A stretch of 64,000 bases of DNA from Octopus sinensis. Its lineage: Eukaryota. Of the stretch, positions 1 to 11,807 are shown in pieces; the stretch's first letter is position 1, and each line of letters opens with the position of its first letter. Where the stretch lies: positions 1,178,001 through 1,242,000 of the forward strand of contig NC_043026.1 of the NCBI RefSeq assembly GCF_006345805.1. Direction: 5' to 3'. The notes beneath the pieces were generated by a model, which searched no databases, was not told the origin of the DNA, and saw only the letters and a list, made by a program, of their open reading frames with translations. Both the position numbers and the translations under genes were made by a program.

Positions 1-639
1 TTGTCTGTGATTGTTGATCGTAACGGTTGTTGAATGCTTGGAGGAAGTGAAGAATTAATTTAAGAAGAGCTTTGAAATATCTGACCAGCTCACGGGACAA
101 ACTTCCAAAAGAGGGGAAGAAAAAAGATGGACAGAGTAAAGTGGTGTGAAGTAGATTGGACGGACTAGAAGAGAGCGGCAGGTCGCCGGTTAACCCTAAC
201 CTCAACCTTGGTGTTCAAACGAGAAAATCAGAGCGAAGTCAGCAAACAGGAAAATATATGGGAGCAGACAGATGGCTCTGAAAGCAAAAGAGGCGCTGGT
301 TCTATTGATGTGTGTATATGATGGACTCGTAAGTGATGATAAGTAGAGTTGTTTAACTTGAAATCAACTTCGATTAACAAAACGTACCACCAAAGGCATT
401 CCAGCCAGGACCATCCTTTTTTTTTTTTCTTTTACTAAATCTAGGACTACATAATGCAATGTCTTTATTAAGACGATGGGTGTGATATCTTTATCAAGCA
501 ACCACGTAGGCGGAAGTTTGTGGTAGTGTATATGTCGGGTCAGGGTGTTGCTGTTTTTGGCCTACGTGGAGGGGAATAAAGTGGATGAGAATAGGGTAGG
601 TGGTGAGTTGTATGGTTCGGCTACAGGTGAACAAGAACG

Positions 640-1800
640 GGTGCTTAAGAGAGGATGAAAGAGTGACCTGATGAATTGAATAGAATATGACTATTGTCTT
701 TTTTGCTTTTGTTGGTTATTTTTTTTTACAGTATATCACTCGAGTGCAAGCCTATTTGGATATAGTGACTATGTGGTTGGATGTCATTTAGCTCCAAGTC
801 AAAATTGTTTGAGCGTAGGCTTGATGGGTGTCCAAATGTGTTTTGTGAGAATACTTTTTACGCAGAGGTAAAGTGATATGGATTGGATGAAGAGACGTGT
901 GACCGGTGTAGTGGTCGTAGGACCCGTGATGGAGGCGGGGGTGAGATCTCTGAAGAAGGAATGGAATGTAGGGTTACAGGTGGAAGAATAAAAGAAATTA
1001 AGTTCAGAATTGGAGCGAACTGAATGAAAGTGATAAACTTATGAGGTGATGCGAGAGGGTGGCGATAAAACGTGATGTAGAGTAGTGGGGGGGAAGGAGA
1101 TTATGTTGCTTGGTACCAGACCAGCTCCAGTCGTGACCACACTGTCTTTTAGTATCTAAAACTACGTTATGGAATGTAAACTGTTTCTTTTGTGAAAGAT
1201 GTTAGAGTGTGTGTTGGGGGAACGGTAACTGTTATTTCTACTTACAGGTCATGTCACCGCATAAGTGGATCACCAGTTGGTTCGGAATGGTAAAAGGTAG
1301 CTGAGGAATGAATGGGTGGGTGGGTGCATGAGGTGAGCGAATTGAATTGAAGGCGACGAGGTGTAGTGTGAGGTTACAGAGGTTGAATACAGAAGGGAAA
1401 TGATTTAAGAAACATGTATGTTTGTGTGTGTTAGACTATAACGTGTGAAAGAAAATACTATGTTTGTTTGAAAAGTCTTTCTATGCACAACAGGTATTTT
1501 GTGTTTTGAAAAGAATATATGACAGGGAAGGAAGGAAGGGTATGTTACGATTTTAGAAGGTACAGTATCGTACAAATTGCTTGACAGGTCGACGAAAGAA
1601 TGAATGACATTAGGTTAGACTGAGGAAGACAGATAAATGAGGAGGTGACTCCAGATAGAGTCAGGTCAAGCAACAAGCACTACGTAGTAAGCTATGTCTG
1701 CTGGCCAAACAATCCAGCGCACCAAATGAATTGGACGAGAACAAAATATAAATCTGTCAAGGCAAATTACCGAAGGATGAGAAATTAAGACTACAGATTT
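640..1800 (-). mobile_element. Highly degenerate Penelope-like (GIY-YIG) retroelement remnant, tentative
   Basis: Scattered minus-strand peptide traces (SFFRRP, ITGP, ACTRVIYC) resemble the RT-EN linker and GIY-YIG start of Neptune-type PLEs; many stops and frameshifts. Confidence 0.3.
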
Positions 1801-1894
1801 TTATAATAACAATAATTCTTGACGAAATACAAATGCTAGTTGTCGGTGTACAGTCGGTAATTATATCTGTTGATACTTTATTTTATCGACACCG

Positions 1895-2070
1895 GTTTTT
1901 CCTATAGGCACAAAGCATAAATTCCAATTTTATTATTATTATTGAAGGGGTCAGGGAGAAAAAAGGGCATTTATTATTATTAATATTATAACGACCTTTC
2001 AGTACTTGACTGGTAAATTACATTATTATCACTGATCCCCACCCCCACCCCTATAAGACTGAAAGGCAAA
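1895..2070 (-). mobile_element. Decayed tRNA-SINE family B 3' fragment
   Basis: ctataggcacaaag...actgaaaggcaaa matches the family B copies at 61105-61725. Confidence 0.4.
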
Positions 2071-2359
2071 AGAAATAATAATTCCTTCACACTAATAATG
2101 TGTGAAGGTCGCAGATTTAGGCAAAGGCTCTTTTTCCTCAATTCGTCGCAAATCTACTTGATTTTGTTGAGCCCTTGCAATGACTGCAATGAAGAGAGAA
2201 AAAGGGATGGGGTTGTTTTCTTTGAGATAATTTGTTTAGAAGCGGTTCCCATACAACAAGGAAACTGATATAAAGACAAATGAAAGAGTGGGCAACCGAT
2301 AAACAGGCCACGATAGTGGAAGTTAATGGTTTGGTTTTTCTTTTCCTTGTTTATTTAAA

Positions 2360-2540
2360 GCTCAAGCTCAGATCAAAGTAAATCAACGATCAAAAGCGTT
2401 CCAAACGTGGCCATCTTTCTTTTTTGATTTCAGATAAAATGTTTTCTAACACTACATAAGATAACAGAATAGAATGTGATTTGTTGTTTTTGAAGAGACC
2501 TGGTTTCTATTTCCAACAGGTCTGGCGAGGACGTAAAGCT
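2360..2540 (+). mobile_element. Decayed interspersed repeat (SINE-like tail); related pieces at about 370-510, 1110-1260, 2680-2720 and 28405-28500(-)
   Basis: Recurring ttcca(g/a)ccgtg(a/g)ccat and gctatttcta.caggtc motifs at several loci. Confidence 0.3.
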
Positions 2541-3681
2541 TCCGTATTTGTTTTGTTTATCTTGTCTTGTGCGTATATACGTTGAGTATAGCTGAGTTGA
2601 GTAATAGTGTATCTAGGACTATGTTCTCCAAAGTATCCAAAGTATTTTTTTAAAGACTAAGTTATGTAGTTCATAAGGGGTTGTGGTTGCTATTTCTAAC
2701 AGTTCAAACGACCTGATAGAGGTTCCCTCGCTGGTATGAGCTAGGATGGATACGTCGGGGTGCAATGCGGTAGGTGAGATTTGTAAGTATGGATAAGATG
2801 GGCGAGTGCCAAAGATGGACTTAGCTAAAGCAACAACAGTGGCTCGCACAAGTCACATTAACACAAGCAGCAGCCATGATTAGCCAAGGATGAAGGAAAG
2901 ATGAGAATGTGTTTGAATTAATGCTTAATGTGCGAGTCAGGCCAGTGAGGTCTGGTAGCCTCTGTTGGCTGTGAGATGCATTATGTTATTACATTCAGCA
3001 GTGGAAACTGTGTTTGTTGTTCGGGATTTGCCGGAGTATTTTCGCCTCTGTAACCGACATCTGAGATACGTGGACAGGTAGAGGGAAAGACAAACCGAAC
3101 GACGCATAGATAGATTGTTAAACAGACAGAAATGTCTAAAATAGACAGTTAAACAGATGCAGAGAGAGATGGTTAAACACAGATAAACAAATAAACATTT
3201 AAATGAGCTTTGAGTGAAATCGACAATTAAATAGTTGTTGGTTGGATAGAAGAATTATTTGTTAGAGAGATAAATAGAAAGACGTTAGGTCGATAGGTAA
3301 ATATGAAGAAGAATGGGCACGAATGAATGAACCAGGTTTGATGGATAGATAGGAACGAAAGTTGATTATGAAGCAAATTGGTACTTATTTCAGTAGGATG
3401 TTACGCAAATAGGTACGTTGGTAGTGCTATATAGGTAGCTATGTGTGTATATAGAGAAATAAATGAGGAGACGTTAAGATTGCGTCCACCGACAAAAAGA
3501 CTGCATCGGAAGTTCACAGCATGAATTCAGGTTTGTGTACAATTAAACATGTGTGTGTCTGTTCATGTATGTGCGTTGGGTGGGTAAACGTGTCTACGCA
3601 TGTATATACATATTTATATGTTTGAGTATGTCAGTATGTATATTTGTATATATTTATTGTGTACATATGTGTGTATGTATG

Positions 3682-3685
<4 letters not shown>

Positions 3686-3741
<56 letters not shown>

Positions 3742-3750
3742 ATATATATA
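3686..3750. repeat. (TA)n microsatellite
   Basis: Direct reading. Confidence 0.95.
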
Positions 3751-4364
3751 AAATGAACGTAAACTGAATAATTACCAATATATATATAATATATACATGT
3801 ACAGAAAAAAGCAAGATGTTTGTATATGTATCACGAAACCATTGGCCACCACTCCTCTTTGGCTGGTCCACACTGCCTCAGTTCATGTAAAATCCGAGTG
3901 AAAATGCAATTATTCGGCAAAACCAAAAGCACACGTTTCCAGTCTTCCGACACGACTCTTGCCTCTCACGACAAACATCATTTGATGCTTTCTCCACACA
4001 TTAAATGATGCGCCACTTGAGATGCAGTCCAAATTATGATCAGTAAGGGACTTAGACGAACTCACTTTCAAATGCGGTATTTTTTTTTTTATTGCAACAA
4101 AATCTCTATATCTGTCCACCTCTCCATCTAACAATCTATCATATATATATATATATAATATATATTATATATATATAAAATGTAGATATATGACTATTAT
4201 ATCGGTTAGGTTGATACAACTGAAAAATAGAACTCAAACTCGATTATCGCGTGTGTTACGTTCTAAAACCTCTCAAAGAAAATGACTAAAATCTAAAAGA
4301 TATAAATACCTATCAGCCGCTGAAACCCAGATATACTGAGGAGTCCACAATATAAGTATACATA

Positions 4365-4464
4365 TATCAGCCGCAAAAATCCGCGGTGTACAGAGTGCTC
4401 GATAGGTGAACCGCGATGTGCAGAGTGTGTGATATGTGAACCGCGATATGGCGAGGGATTACTG
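4365..4464 (-). mobile_element. pogo/Tigger-like MITE terminal fragment with 30-bp subterminal tandem repeats
   Basis: Terminus reads CAGTAATCCCTCGCCATATCGCGGTTCAC on the minus strand (Tigger-type CAGT start); about 3 copies of gaaccgcgatgt; the other TIR was not found. Confidence 0.45.
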
Positions 4465-4765
4465 TGGATGTACATTTTTATTAATATCTAGCAGAAGTAA
4501 CAGAGAGACTCAGGGTCTGAGAGTTTCGCGCGTTGGCACCATTTCTCTTACTTCGGCTAAAGCTTTATATGTGTGTGTGTGTCTGTATACATACATACGT
4601 ACGTACGTACATGCATACATACATACATACATACATAAACGATTGATAGGTGTCAATTCATTACTGCTATTTTCCAACGAGTTTTTTAATTGATTAATGA
4701 CTGTATTCTATCATTATGAAAAACCGATTGCTTCGGATAAATACGCGAACTATACTCTTAAGGAC

Positions 4766-4824
<59 letters not shown>

Positions 4825-4991
4825 ATATAAGCGGGATCAGCCATCTGGCTAGGGACAGGGCGGGGTGGTGGGGGTGTTACTGATGCATTTAGCCCCAGGC
4901 GACTATCGACGTCACCAGAAGAGCCGACACCATCACGGTGTCCTTGCTAGCCTGCAAAGGGAGATCAGCCTCCCCGAAGATACGGATGCTA

Positions 4992-5034
4992 CACACGGAC
5001 CGGTTTCGAGGTAATTGCCTCTTGTCAGCGCATG
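4992..5034 (-). ncRNA. Minimal type I hammerhead ribozyme motif (variant core)
   Basis: catgcg CTGACAA GAGG caatta CCTC GAAAC cg GTC cgtgtg: 6-bp stem I (two G-U), 4-bp stem II, palindromic ACCGGT stem III; the core differs from CUGANGA at G8. Confidence 0.65.
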
Positions 5035-5254
5035 GCAAGCACCTTGCTTCGTTGAGGGACTTCCTGTACAGGCCAGATATATATAGATTTTCACAGTAAC
5101 CACCAATCACTGGCGTAGAAAAACTGTTCGAAAACAATAATAAATCTCTGAGCGAGGTATAAACAGATTTTCTACGCCAGTGATTGTGGTTACTGTGAAA
5201 ATCTATATATATCTGGCCTGTACAGGAAGTCCCTCAACGAAGAACGGTGCTTGC

Positions 5255-5297
5255 CATGTGCTGACAAGAGGCAATTACCTTGAAACCGGTCCGTGTG
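5255..5297 (+). ncRNA. Minimal type I hammerhead ribozyme motif (variant core), second arm
   Basis: catgtg CTGACAA GAGG caatta CCTT GAAAC cg GTC cgtgtg. Confidence 0.6.
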
Positions 5298-5564
5298 TAG
5301 CATCCGTATCTTCGGGGAGGCTGATCTCCCTTTGCAGGCTAGCAAGGACACCGTGATGGTGTCGGCTCTTCTGGTGACGTCGATAGTCGCCTGGGGCTAA
5401 ATGCATCAGTAACACCCCCACCACCCCGCCCTGTCCCTAGCCACATTCAGATGGCTGATCCCGCTTATATTATAGAGCAGTTACTGTTTATACCTCGCTC
5501 GGAGATTTATTATTGTTATATATATATATATATATTTCATACTTAAATAAATATATTCATATAT

Positions 5565-5900
5565 AGGCGCAGGAATGGCTGTGTGGTAAGTAGCTTGCTT
5601 ACGAACCACATGATTCCAGGTTCAGTCCCACTGCGTGGCACCTTGGGCAAGTGTCTTCTACTATAGTCTCGGGCCGACCAAAGCTTTGTGAGTGGATTTG
5701 GTAGACGGAAACTGAAAGAAGCCTGTCGTATATATGTATGTGTGTCTGTGTTACATCCCCGTAACTTAACGGTTCGGCAAAAGAGGCTGATAGAATAAGT
5801 ACTAGGCTTACAAAGAACAAGTCCTGGGGTTAATTTGCTCGACTAAAGGTGTTTCTCCAGCATGGCCACAGTCAAATGACTGAAACAAGTAAAAGAGTAT
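5565..5900 (+). mobile_element. tRNA-derived SINE family A (CORE-like central block, CR1-type tail), full length
   Basis: A-box tggctgtgtgg, B-box ggttcagtccc, ccttgggcaagt CORE-like block, tail cagcatggccacagtcaaatgactgaaacaagtaaaagag; at least 6 related copies in the window. Confidence 0.85.
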
Positions 5901-6499
5901 ATAATTGTGTGTGTGTATATGTATATGTATATATATTCTTCTCTTCTCCCCTTCACCGTTCCCTCTCTCTTACTCCTCCTCCTCCTTGACTCACTCATCA
6001 CTGACACGTGATCAGAGGGAAGCCATCTTTCCAACTGCTATCTTCACCAAGACTAGACCAGCTTATCCTGTCTCTTTCATAAGTTGTCTCCTTAAGCATT
6101 CAGAATCATTTTTCCATCGTCTTGGCTCATCGTTTGTTTTTACTGTTTTGTTCTCTTTGTTCTGTCTTTTACTGTTTTTACTTTTTTATTGTTTTTACTG
6201 TGTTGTTTTGTTCTTTTTGTCCTGTTCTTGTTACCATTTTTACCCTCTGCAAAAAATCCAAAATTTTATTTAATTTGCTTTGTGGGAAGGATTGTTTCAA
6301 TGAAGACACATCTTGTCCTTACCTTCAAAACCCAGAGTAGACAAAACAGGGACAACTGAAGAAGGCGAATATTCCTTGTGTTGTATGTCTTGTTCTCTGT
6401 TCTTTCATTGTTTGAAAAAAAGAAAAAGTTCATTTCTGTTTTTGCTTTTATGTTTTCATTTCTCATTGTGTTCAACGTTTTTTTAATGTCTTGTTCCCA

Positions 6500-6662
6500 T
6501 ATATGCATGTATATATACATATATATGTAGGTATGTACATATATGTATGTACATATGCATATATTTACATATTATTTATATTATATATATATAATATATA
6601 ATATATATATATATGTATATATATGTATATATATGTATGTATATGCATATATATTATATTAT
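6500..6662. repeat. (TA)n/(TATG)n microsatellite
   Basis: Direct reading. Confidence 0.9.
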
Positions 6663-6664
6663 GT

Positions 6665-6893
6665 AAAGTTAATCCAAACAAGAAAACACAGAAAAAAAGG
6701 AGAGAAAAAACACAACAACGCAGGACGTGGAACAATTAAAGTATTATTGAGGCTCAGGAAAGAAGGGAAGGAGGGTTTAACGTTTCGAGCGGAGCTCTTC
6801 GTCGGAAACAAGGAGAAGGAAAGATCCCAAAGAGGGAAGACAGAGGAGAAAATATTTGAGCTGGTGGTGCTTAAGAGATCACATGTTGATCAA

Positions 6894-6895
<2 letters not shown>
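6665..6895 (-). mobile_element. Short hammerhead-bearing repeat (PLE pseudo-LTR-like), second family
   Basis: Contains the HHR motif at 6775-6809; its 3' part is repeated in inverted orientation at 9957-10043. Confidence 0.65.
6775..6809 (-). ncRNA. Minimal type I hammerhead ribozyme motif (U4C core variant)
   Basis: gttt CCGACGA a GAGC tcc GCTC GAAAC GTT aaac: stem I gttt/aaac, stem II GAGC/GCTC, palindromic AACGTT stem III. Confidence 0.7.
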
Positions 6896-6930
<35 letters not shown>

Positions 6931-6954
6931 ATATATTATATTTATATATGTATG

Positions 6955-6999
<45 letters not shown>

Positions 7000-7006
7000 G
7001 TATATG

Positions 7007-7067
<61 letters not shown>

Positions 7068-7176
7068 ATGTATATATATATATGTATGTATATGTATTTA
7101 TATATATATGTATATATGTATGTTATATATATATATATTATATATTATGTATAGTATAATATATTATATATGTATG

Positions 7177-7219
<43 letters not shown>

Positions 7220-7330
7220 GTATGTATATGTATATATATATATATATATATGTATGTATATATATATATATATATATAATATGTATATATATATGTATGT
7301 ATATGTATATATATATATATATATATGTAT
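6896..7330. repeat. Compound (TA)nTGTATG microsatellite
   Basis: Direct reading. Confidence 0.95.
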
Positions 7331-8697
7331 AAAAAATCCTTAAAAATGTATCAGCCCGAAGGCCGCGGCCATGCTGGGGCACCACCGCTGAATAAGCTAC
7401 ACTAATTTGTGAATCCACCTCTGATACGTGGCACTTGATCAACAAGGGAGTTCGATGCTGCTGCCCGCATCCGCGTCTCCTGTCGTGAGGTAGGCTCATC
7501 TGGGACTCCCAACAAGAAGAGATCCAGTTTAGTTTTAAAGAAACCCACATCCACACCATGCAAGTCTCTCAGGCATTTAGGGAGGATGTTAAAGAGCTGT
7601 GGTCCTCTGAAACCCAAGCTGTTGCAGTATCTGGACCTGTATTTTGATGGTGATGTTGGAATCCTTGGCACCATGCAGTGGCGCCCCGTTCTGCGGTTGG
7701 AGTAACTTTGAATGCCAAAGTTTGGGACAAGACCCTCCAGGATTTTCCAGATGTATATCACCGCATATCTCTCCCACCTCCGCTCTAGGGAGAAGAGGTT
7801 TAATACCTTCAGTCTTTCCCAGTAGCTGATATTTTGCATTGAGACGATTTTCTTTGTATAGCTTCTCTGAATTGCTTCGAGTTCTGCTGTTAGTTTTATA
7901 TTGTGTGGTGACCAAAGTTGGGAGCAGTAGTCCAAGCGGCTGAGGACGAATGTTTTCCATAGGACCATCAGTGTCTCCTTCTCTCTTGTTCTGAAAGTTC
8001 GGCGAATCCATCCAGCTAGCCGTCTGCATTTTATCACCAGATTAGCAATATGCATTTGGAAAGATGCATCATTGCTCATGTCAATGCCCAGGTCACGCAC
8101 TGATTTTGACTCAGGGATTGCAATTCTTCCTGGGCCAGTGTATCCAGTCTTCACGTCATTTACCTTTGTGTGCCAGTAGCGCAGGGCCTGGAACTTACCT
8201 GCATTAAACTGCATGTTGTTGTCCTCAGCCCACCTGTATATTGTGTCCAGCTCATGTTGCAGATGCGCAATATTTTCAGGGTTTTGTATTGCGTGGGAGA
8301 CTTTTGTGTCATCTGCATAGCTAACAAGGGTGGTCATCGTAGCAACTGAAGGCATGTCTCAAAGGGCCACTATGAACATCAGTGGCCCCAAGACAGTGCC
8401 CTGTGGGACACCACTTGTTATTTGCGTTTCCTTGGAGGTGGCTCCATTGCTCACAACTGCCTGTTTTCTGTCTTTTAGGAAGTTGTGCAGCCACTCTCCA
8501 AGTTTTCCGCCTATGCCGAGACCACGCAGTTTGTGACAGATCATACCATGGTCGACTTTATCAAAGGCTTTTGCAAACTCGAGATATATTACATCCACAT
8601 TTGAGCCATTTAGTAGCTGTTTCAACACCCAGTCATAGTGTTGCAGGAGCTGTGTTAGGCAGCCTCTACGTGGTCGAAATCCATGCTGGGTGTCAGA
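7331..8697 (-). mobile_element. CR1-like LINE, 5'-truncated; RT C-terminal half with one frameshift, plus 3' end
   Basis: ORFs 8359-8700 (QHGFRP, DFAKAFDKV-like, GVPQGTVLGP) and 7402-8355 (SYADDTK, VRDLG, RLDYCSQLWSP). Confidence 0.93.
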
Positions 8698-8733
8698 CAT
8701 ATATATATATGTATGTATATGTATATATATATG

Positions 8734-8808
<75 letters not shown>

Positions 8809-9189
8809 ATGTATAATATATATGTATGTATATTATATATATATATATATGTATGTATATGTATATATATATATGTATGTATATGTATATATATATATGT
8901 ATGTATATGTATATATATATATATATGTATGTATATGTTATATATATATGTATGTATATGTATATATATATATATGTATGTATATGTATATATATGTATG
9001 TATATGTATATATATATGTATGTATATGTATAATATATATGTATGTATATATATATATGTATGTATATGTATATATATATATGTATGTATATGTATATAT
9101 ATATGTATGTATATGTATATATATATATGTATGTATATGTATATATATATATGTATGTATATGTATATATATATATATGTATGTATATG

Positions 9190-9221
<32 letters not shown>

Positions 9222-9769
9222 GTATGTATATGTATATATATATGTATGTATATGTATATATATGTATGTATATGTATATATATATATATGTATGTATATG
9301 TATGTATAGATATGTATGTATATATATATATGTATGTATATGTATATATATATGTATGTATATGTATATATATATATATATGTATGTATATATATATATA
9401 TATATATGTATGTATATGTATATATATATATATATGTATGTATATGTATATATATATATGTATGTATATGTATATATATATATGTATGTATATGTATATA
9501 TATGTATGTATATGTATATATATATGTATGTATATGTATATATATATGTATATGTATATATATATATGTATGTATATGTATATATATATATGTATGTATA
9601 TGTATATATATATATGTATGTATATGTATATATATATATGTATGTATATGTATATATATATATGTATGTATATGTATATATATATATATATATTATGTAT
9701 GTATATGTATATATATATGTATGTATATGTATATATATGTATGTATATGTATATATATATATATGTATG

Positions 9770-9803
<34 letters not shown>

Positions 9804-9865
9804 TATATGTATGTATATGTATATATATATGTATGTATATGTATATATATATATATATATGTATG

Positions 9866-9896
<31 letters not shown>

Positions 9897-9899
9897 ATG

Positions 9900-9930
<31 letters not shown>

Positions 9931-9956
9931 ATGTATATATATATATGTATATATAT
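8698..9956. repeat. 1.26-kb compound (TA)nTGTATGTATATG microsatellite/minisatellite
   Basis: Direct reading. Confidence 0.95.
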
Positions 9957-10043
9957 CTTCTTCCCTTCTTTCCTGAGCGTCCAATAATACTATATTTGTT
10001 CCACGTCCTCGCGTTGTTGTGTTTTCTTGTTTGGATTAACCAT
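9957..10043 (+). mobile_element. 3' fragment of the 6665-6895 repeat family
   Basis: cttcccttctttcctgagc...ttgtttggattaac is the reverse complement of about 6665-6770. Confidence 0.7.
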
Positions 10044-10075
10044 ATATATATATATATATATATAATATATATACT

Positions 10076-11805
10076 TACTTTGATACTTTGATAGGTTTCG
10101 GCCATTATTGGCCCAGGCCATGTCTAACTTAATAGCACCACCTGGTGAAGTCTGTCAAGTCAGAATTTGGGCACTATGGCCCACTCAAGTAGAGAGTTAT
10201 TGTTTACAGAGACATATCCGGGTGTAGGGGGTTTATCCGGGATTTCTTGAAGGAATCTGTCCAAAGACTTCTTGAACCCTATAGGGTCAGTTTCTGTTTT
10301 AATGTGTTTTGGTGTAATGTTAAAGAGAGTGGGGCCAATTGAGGTGAAATAATTGTGCCGTATTGTTGTTATGAGATGAGAGTGCGATTTTTGTTTTGGG
10401 CGGATGGCACGAGGCCCAAGCCTTGGATGTACCTTAAAGGTGATGCCAACATCATTTGGGCAATGCTGATGGAATATCTTCCACATCATGCAGATGATGT
10501 AGCGCTCACGACGACGTTGGAGAGAATAAAGTTTTAGCTTTTCTAGTCGACCCCAATAGTCGAGGCCTGTCATGCCATCTATCTTTTTTGTGATTGCCCT
10601 TTGAGGTGCTTCAACTTTTATGATACCTTGTATTGTGTGGGGAGACCACAGTGGACAACAGTATTCAAGGTGGGGTCGGGTAAAAGTGGAGAAGAGAAGG
10701 ATAATGGTGTGGATATCTCTCGACTGGAAAGTTCTGAGAATCCAGGAACACATTCTGCGGGCCATGTCAACTTTGGTGTTTATATGAGTGGCCCAGCTTA
10801 TGTTGTTGTCCACAATTACTCCCAAGTCTCTGATGTTGTTGGACGCCGCGAGAGTTTCACCTGAAGGAAGGGAGTATGGGAGTTTCAGGGCATCCTCTTT
10901 TCCAAAGTGGATTAACTCAAATTTATCCTCGTTCAGCAGCATATTGTTTTTTTCTGCCCATTGGATAACAGCCAGTAGATCTGACTGAAGGCATGTCCGG
11001 TCACTCGCCTCATTTATGACCTTCTGTAGCTTGGAATCATCTGCAAAGATTTTTATGTTGCTGTGCTTGATGATGTCATTAATGTCATTAATGTAAATGA
11101 TGAAAAGAAGTGGGCCCAGCACAGTGCCTTGCGGAACGCCACTACTGACTTTGGCTGGGCTTGATTTTACCCCTTCAACTACAACATGTTGAGATCTATC
11201 TGTCAGGAAACACTTGATCCATTTCAGTAACTTTCCAGAGACACCAATGTTGAATAGTTTTTTCAATAGGATCTTGTGATCGACCCTGTCGAAGGCCTTA
11301 CTGAAATCAAGGTAGATGACATCGGTGTTGGAGCCCTCTCCCAAAGCTCTCAAAATGTCATCAAAGTGATGCAGGAGCTGCGTTAGGCAGTCCCTTCCAT
11401 TACGGAACCCATGTTGGTTAGAGATCAGACGTCTGTTGCTTTCCAGAAATTGGGTTATTCGAGATCTCACCACCCTCTCAAATACCTTGATGATATGAGA
11501 GGTGAGTGAGATCGGACGGTAGTTCACTGCAAGGGACTTGTTTCCCTTTTTGAAAACTGGGACAACAGACTGGGACAGAAGGTTTTTTGGAATATAGCCA
11601 GCATCCAGTGAGTTTCTCCACAGATTAGCAAGGGGAGATGCAAGTTGGTGTCGACACACCTTCAGGACACAAGCAGGGAACCTATCGGGACCTACTGCTG
11701 AATTGTGTTTTATATCGTTTATCGCCGCTAAGACATCAGGGGCACTAAACGTTATGTCCGATATAGTGTGTTGGGGGTTGACATCACTGATACAGCCCAT
11801 CACTG
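10076..11805 (-). mobile_element. CR1-like LINE (second subfamily), 5'-truncated, uninterrupted 547-aa RT-bearing ORF
   Basis: ORF 10160-11803: NYRPISLTS, QHGFR, LDFSKAFDRV, GVPQGTVLGP, IFADDSK; tail has the tandem 8-mer (ATCAAAGT)2. Confidence 0.95.
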
Positions 11806-11807
11806 AT

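Larger units (their letters stand above)
4829..5518. mobile_element. Short hammerhead-bearing repeat (Penelope pseudo-LTR-like) present as a head-to-head inverted duplication
   Basis: 4829-5122 is the reverse complement of 5167-5466 with few differences; spacer 5133-5166 is the reverse complement of 5485-5518; both outer ends abut (TA)n. Confidence 0.8.

Noticed and set aside
190-205. taaccctaacc (and ttagggttaggg near 32335) as telomeric repeats
   Set aside because: Only about two units; internal, and part of a dispersed repeat at 32.3 kb
2490-2550. Hairpin agacctg...caggtct
   Set aside because: Falls in a decayed SINE-like tail seen at several loci; pairing is not conserved in those copies
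3880-3960. EDWKRVL trace suggesting Tc1 transposase
   Set aside because: The following WSDE motif and TIRs are absent; too short to support
6340-6385. CTGAAGA followed by a short hairpin
   Set aside because: No GAAA or stem III downstream
8690-10105. Long ORFs of 200-470 aa rich in YI/YM/HI (also at 6.5-7.5, 35.9-36.7, 38.2-38.8, 41.6-42.4 and 50.8-51.1 kb)
   Set aside because: Translations of TA/TATG microsatellites that lack stop codons by composition; not proteins
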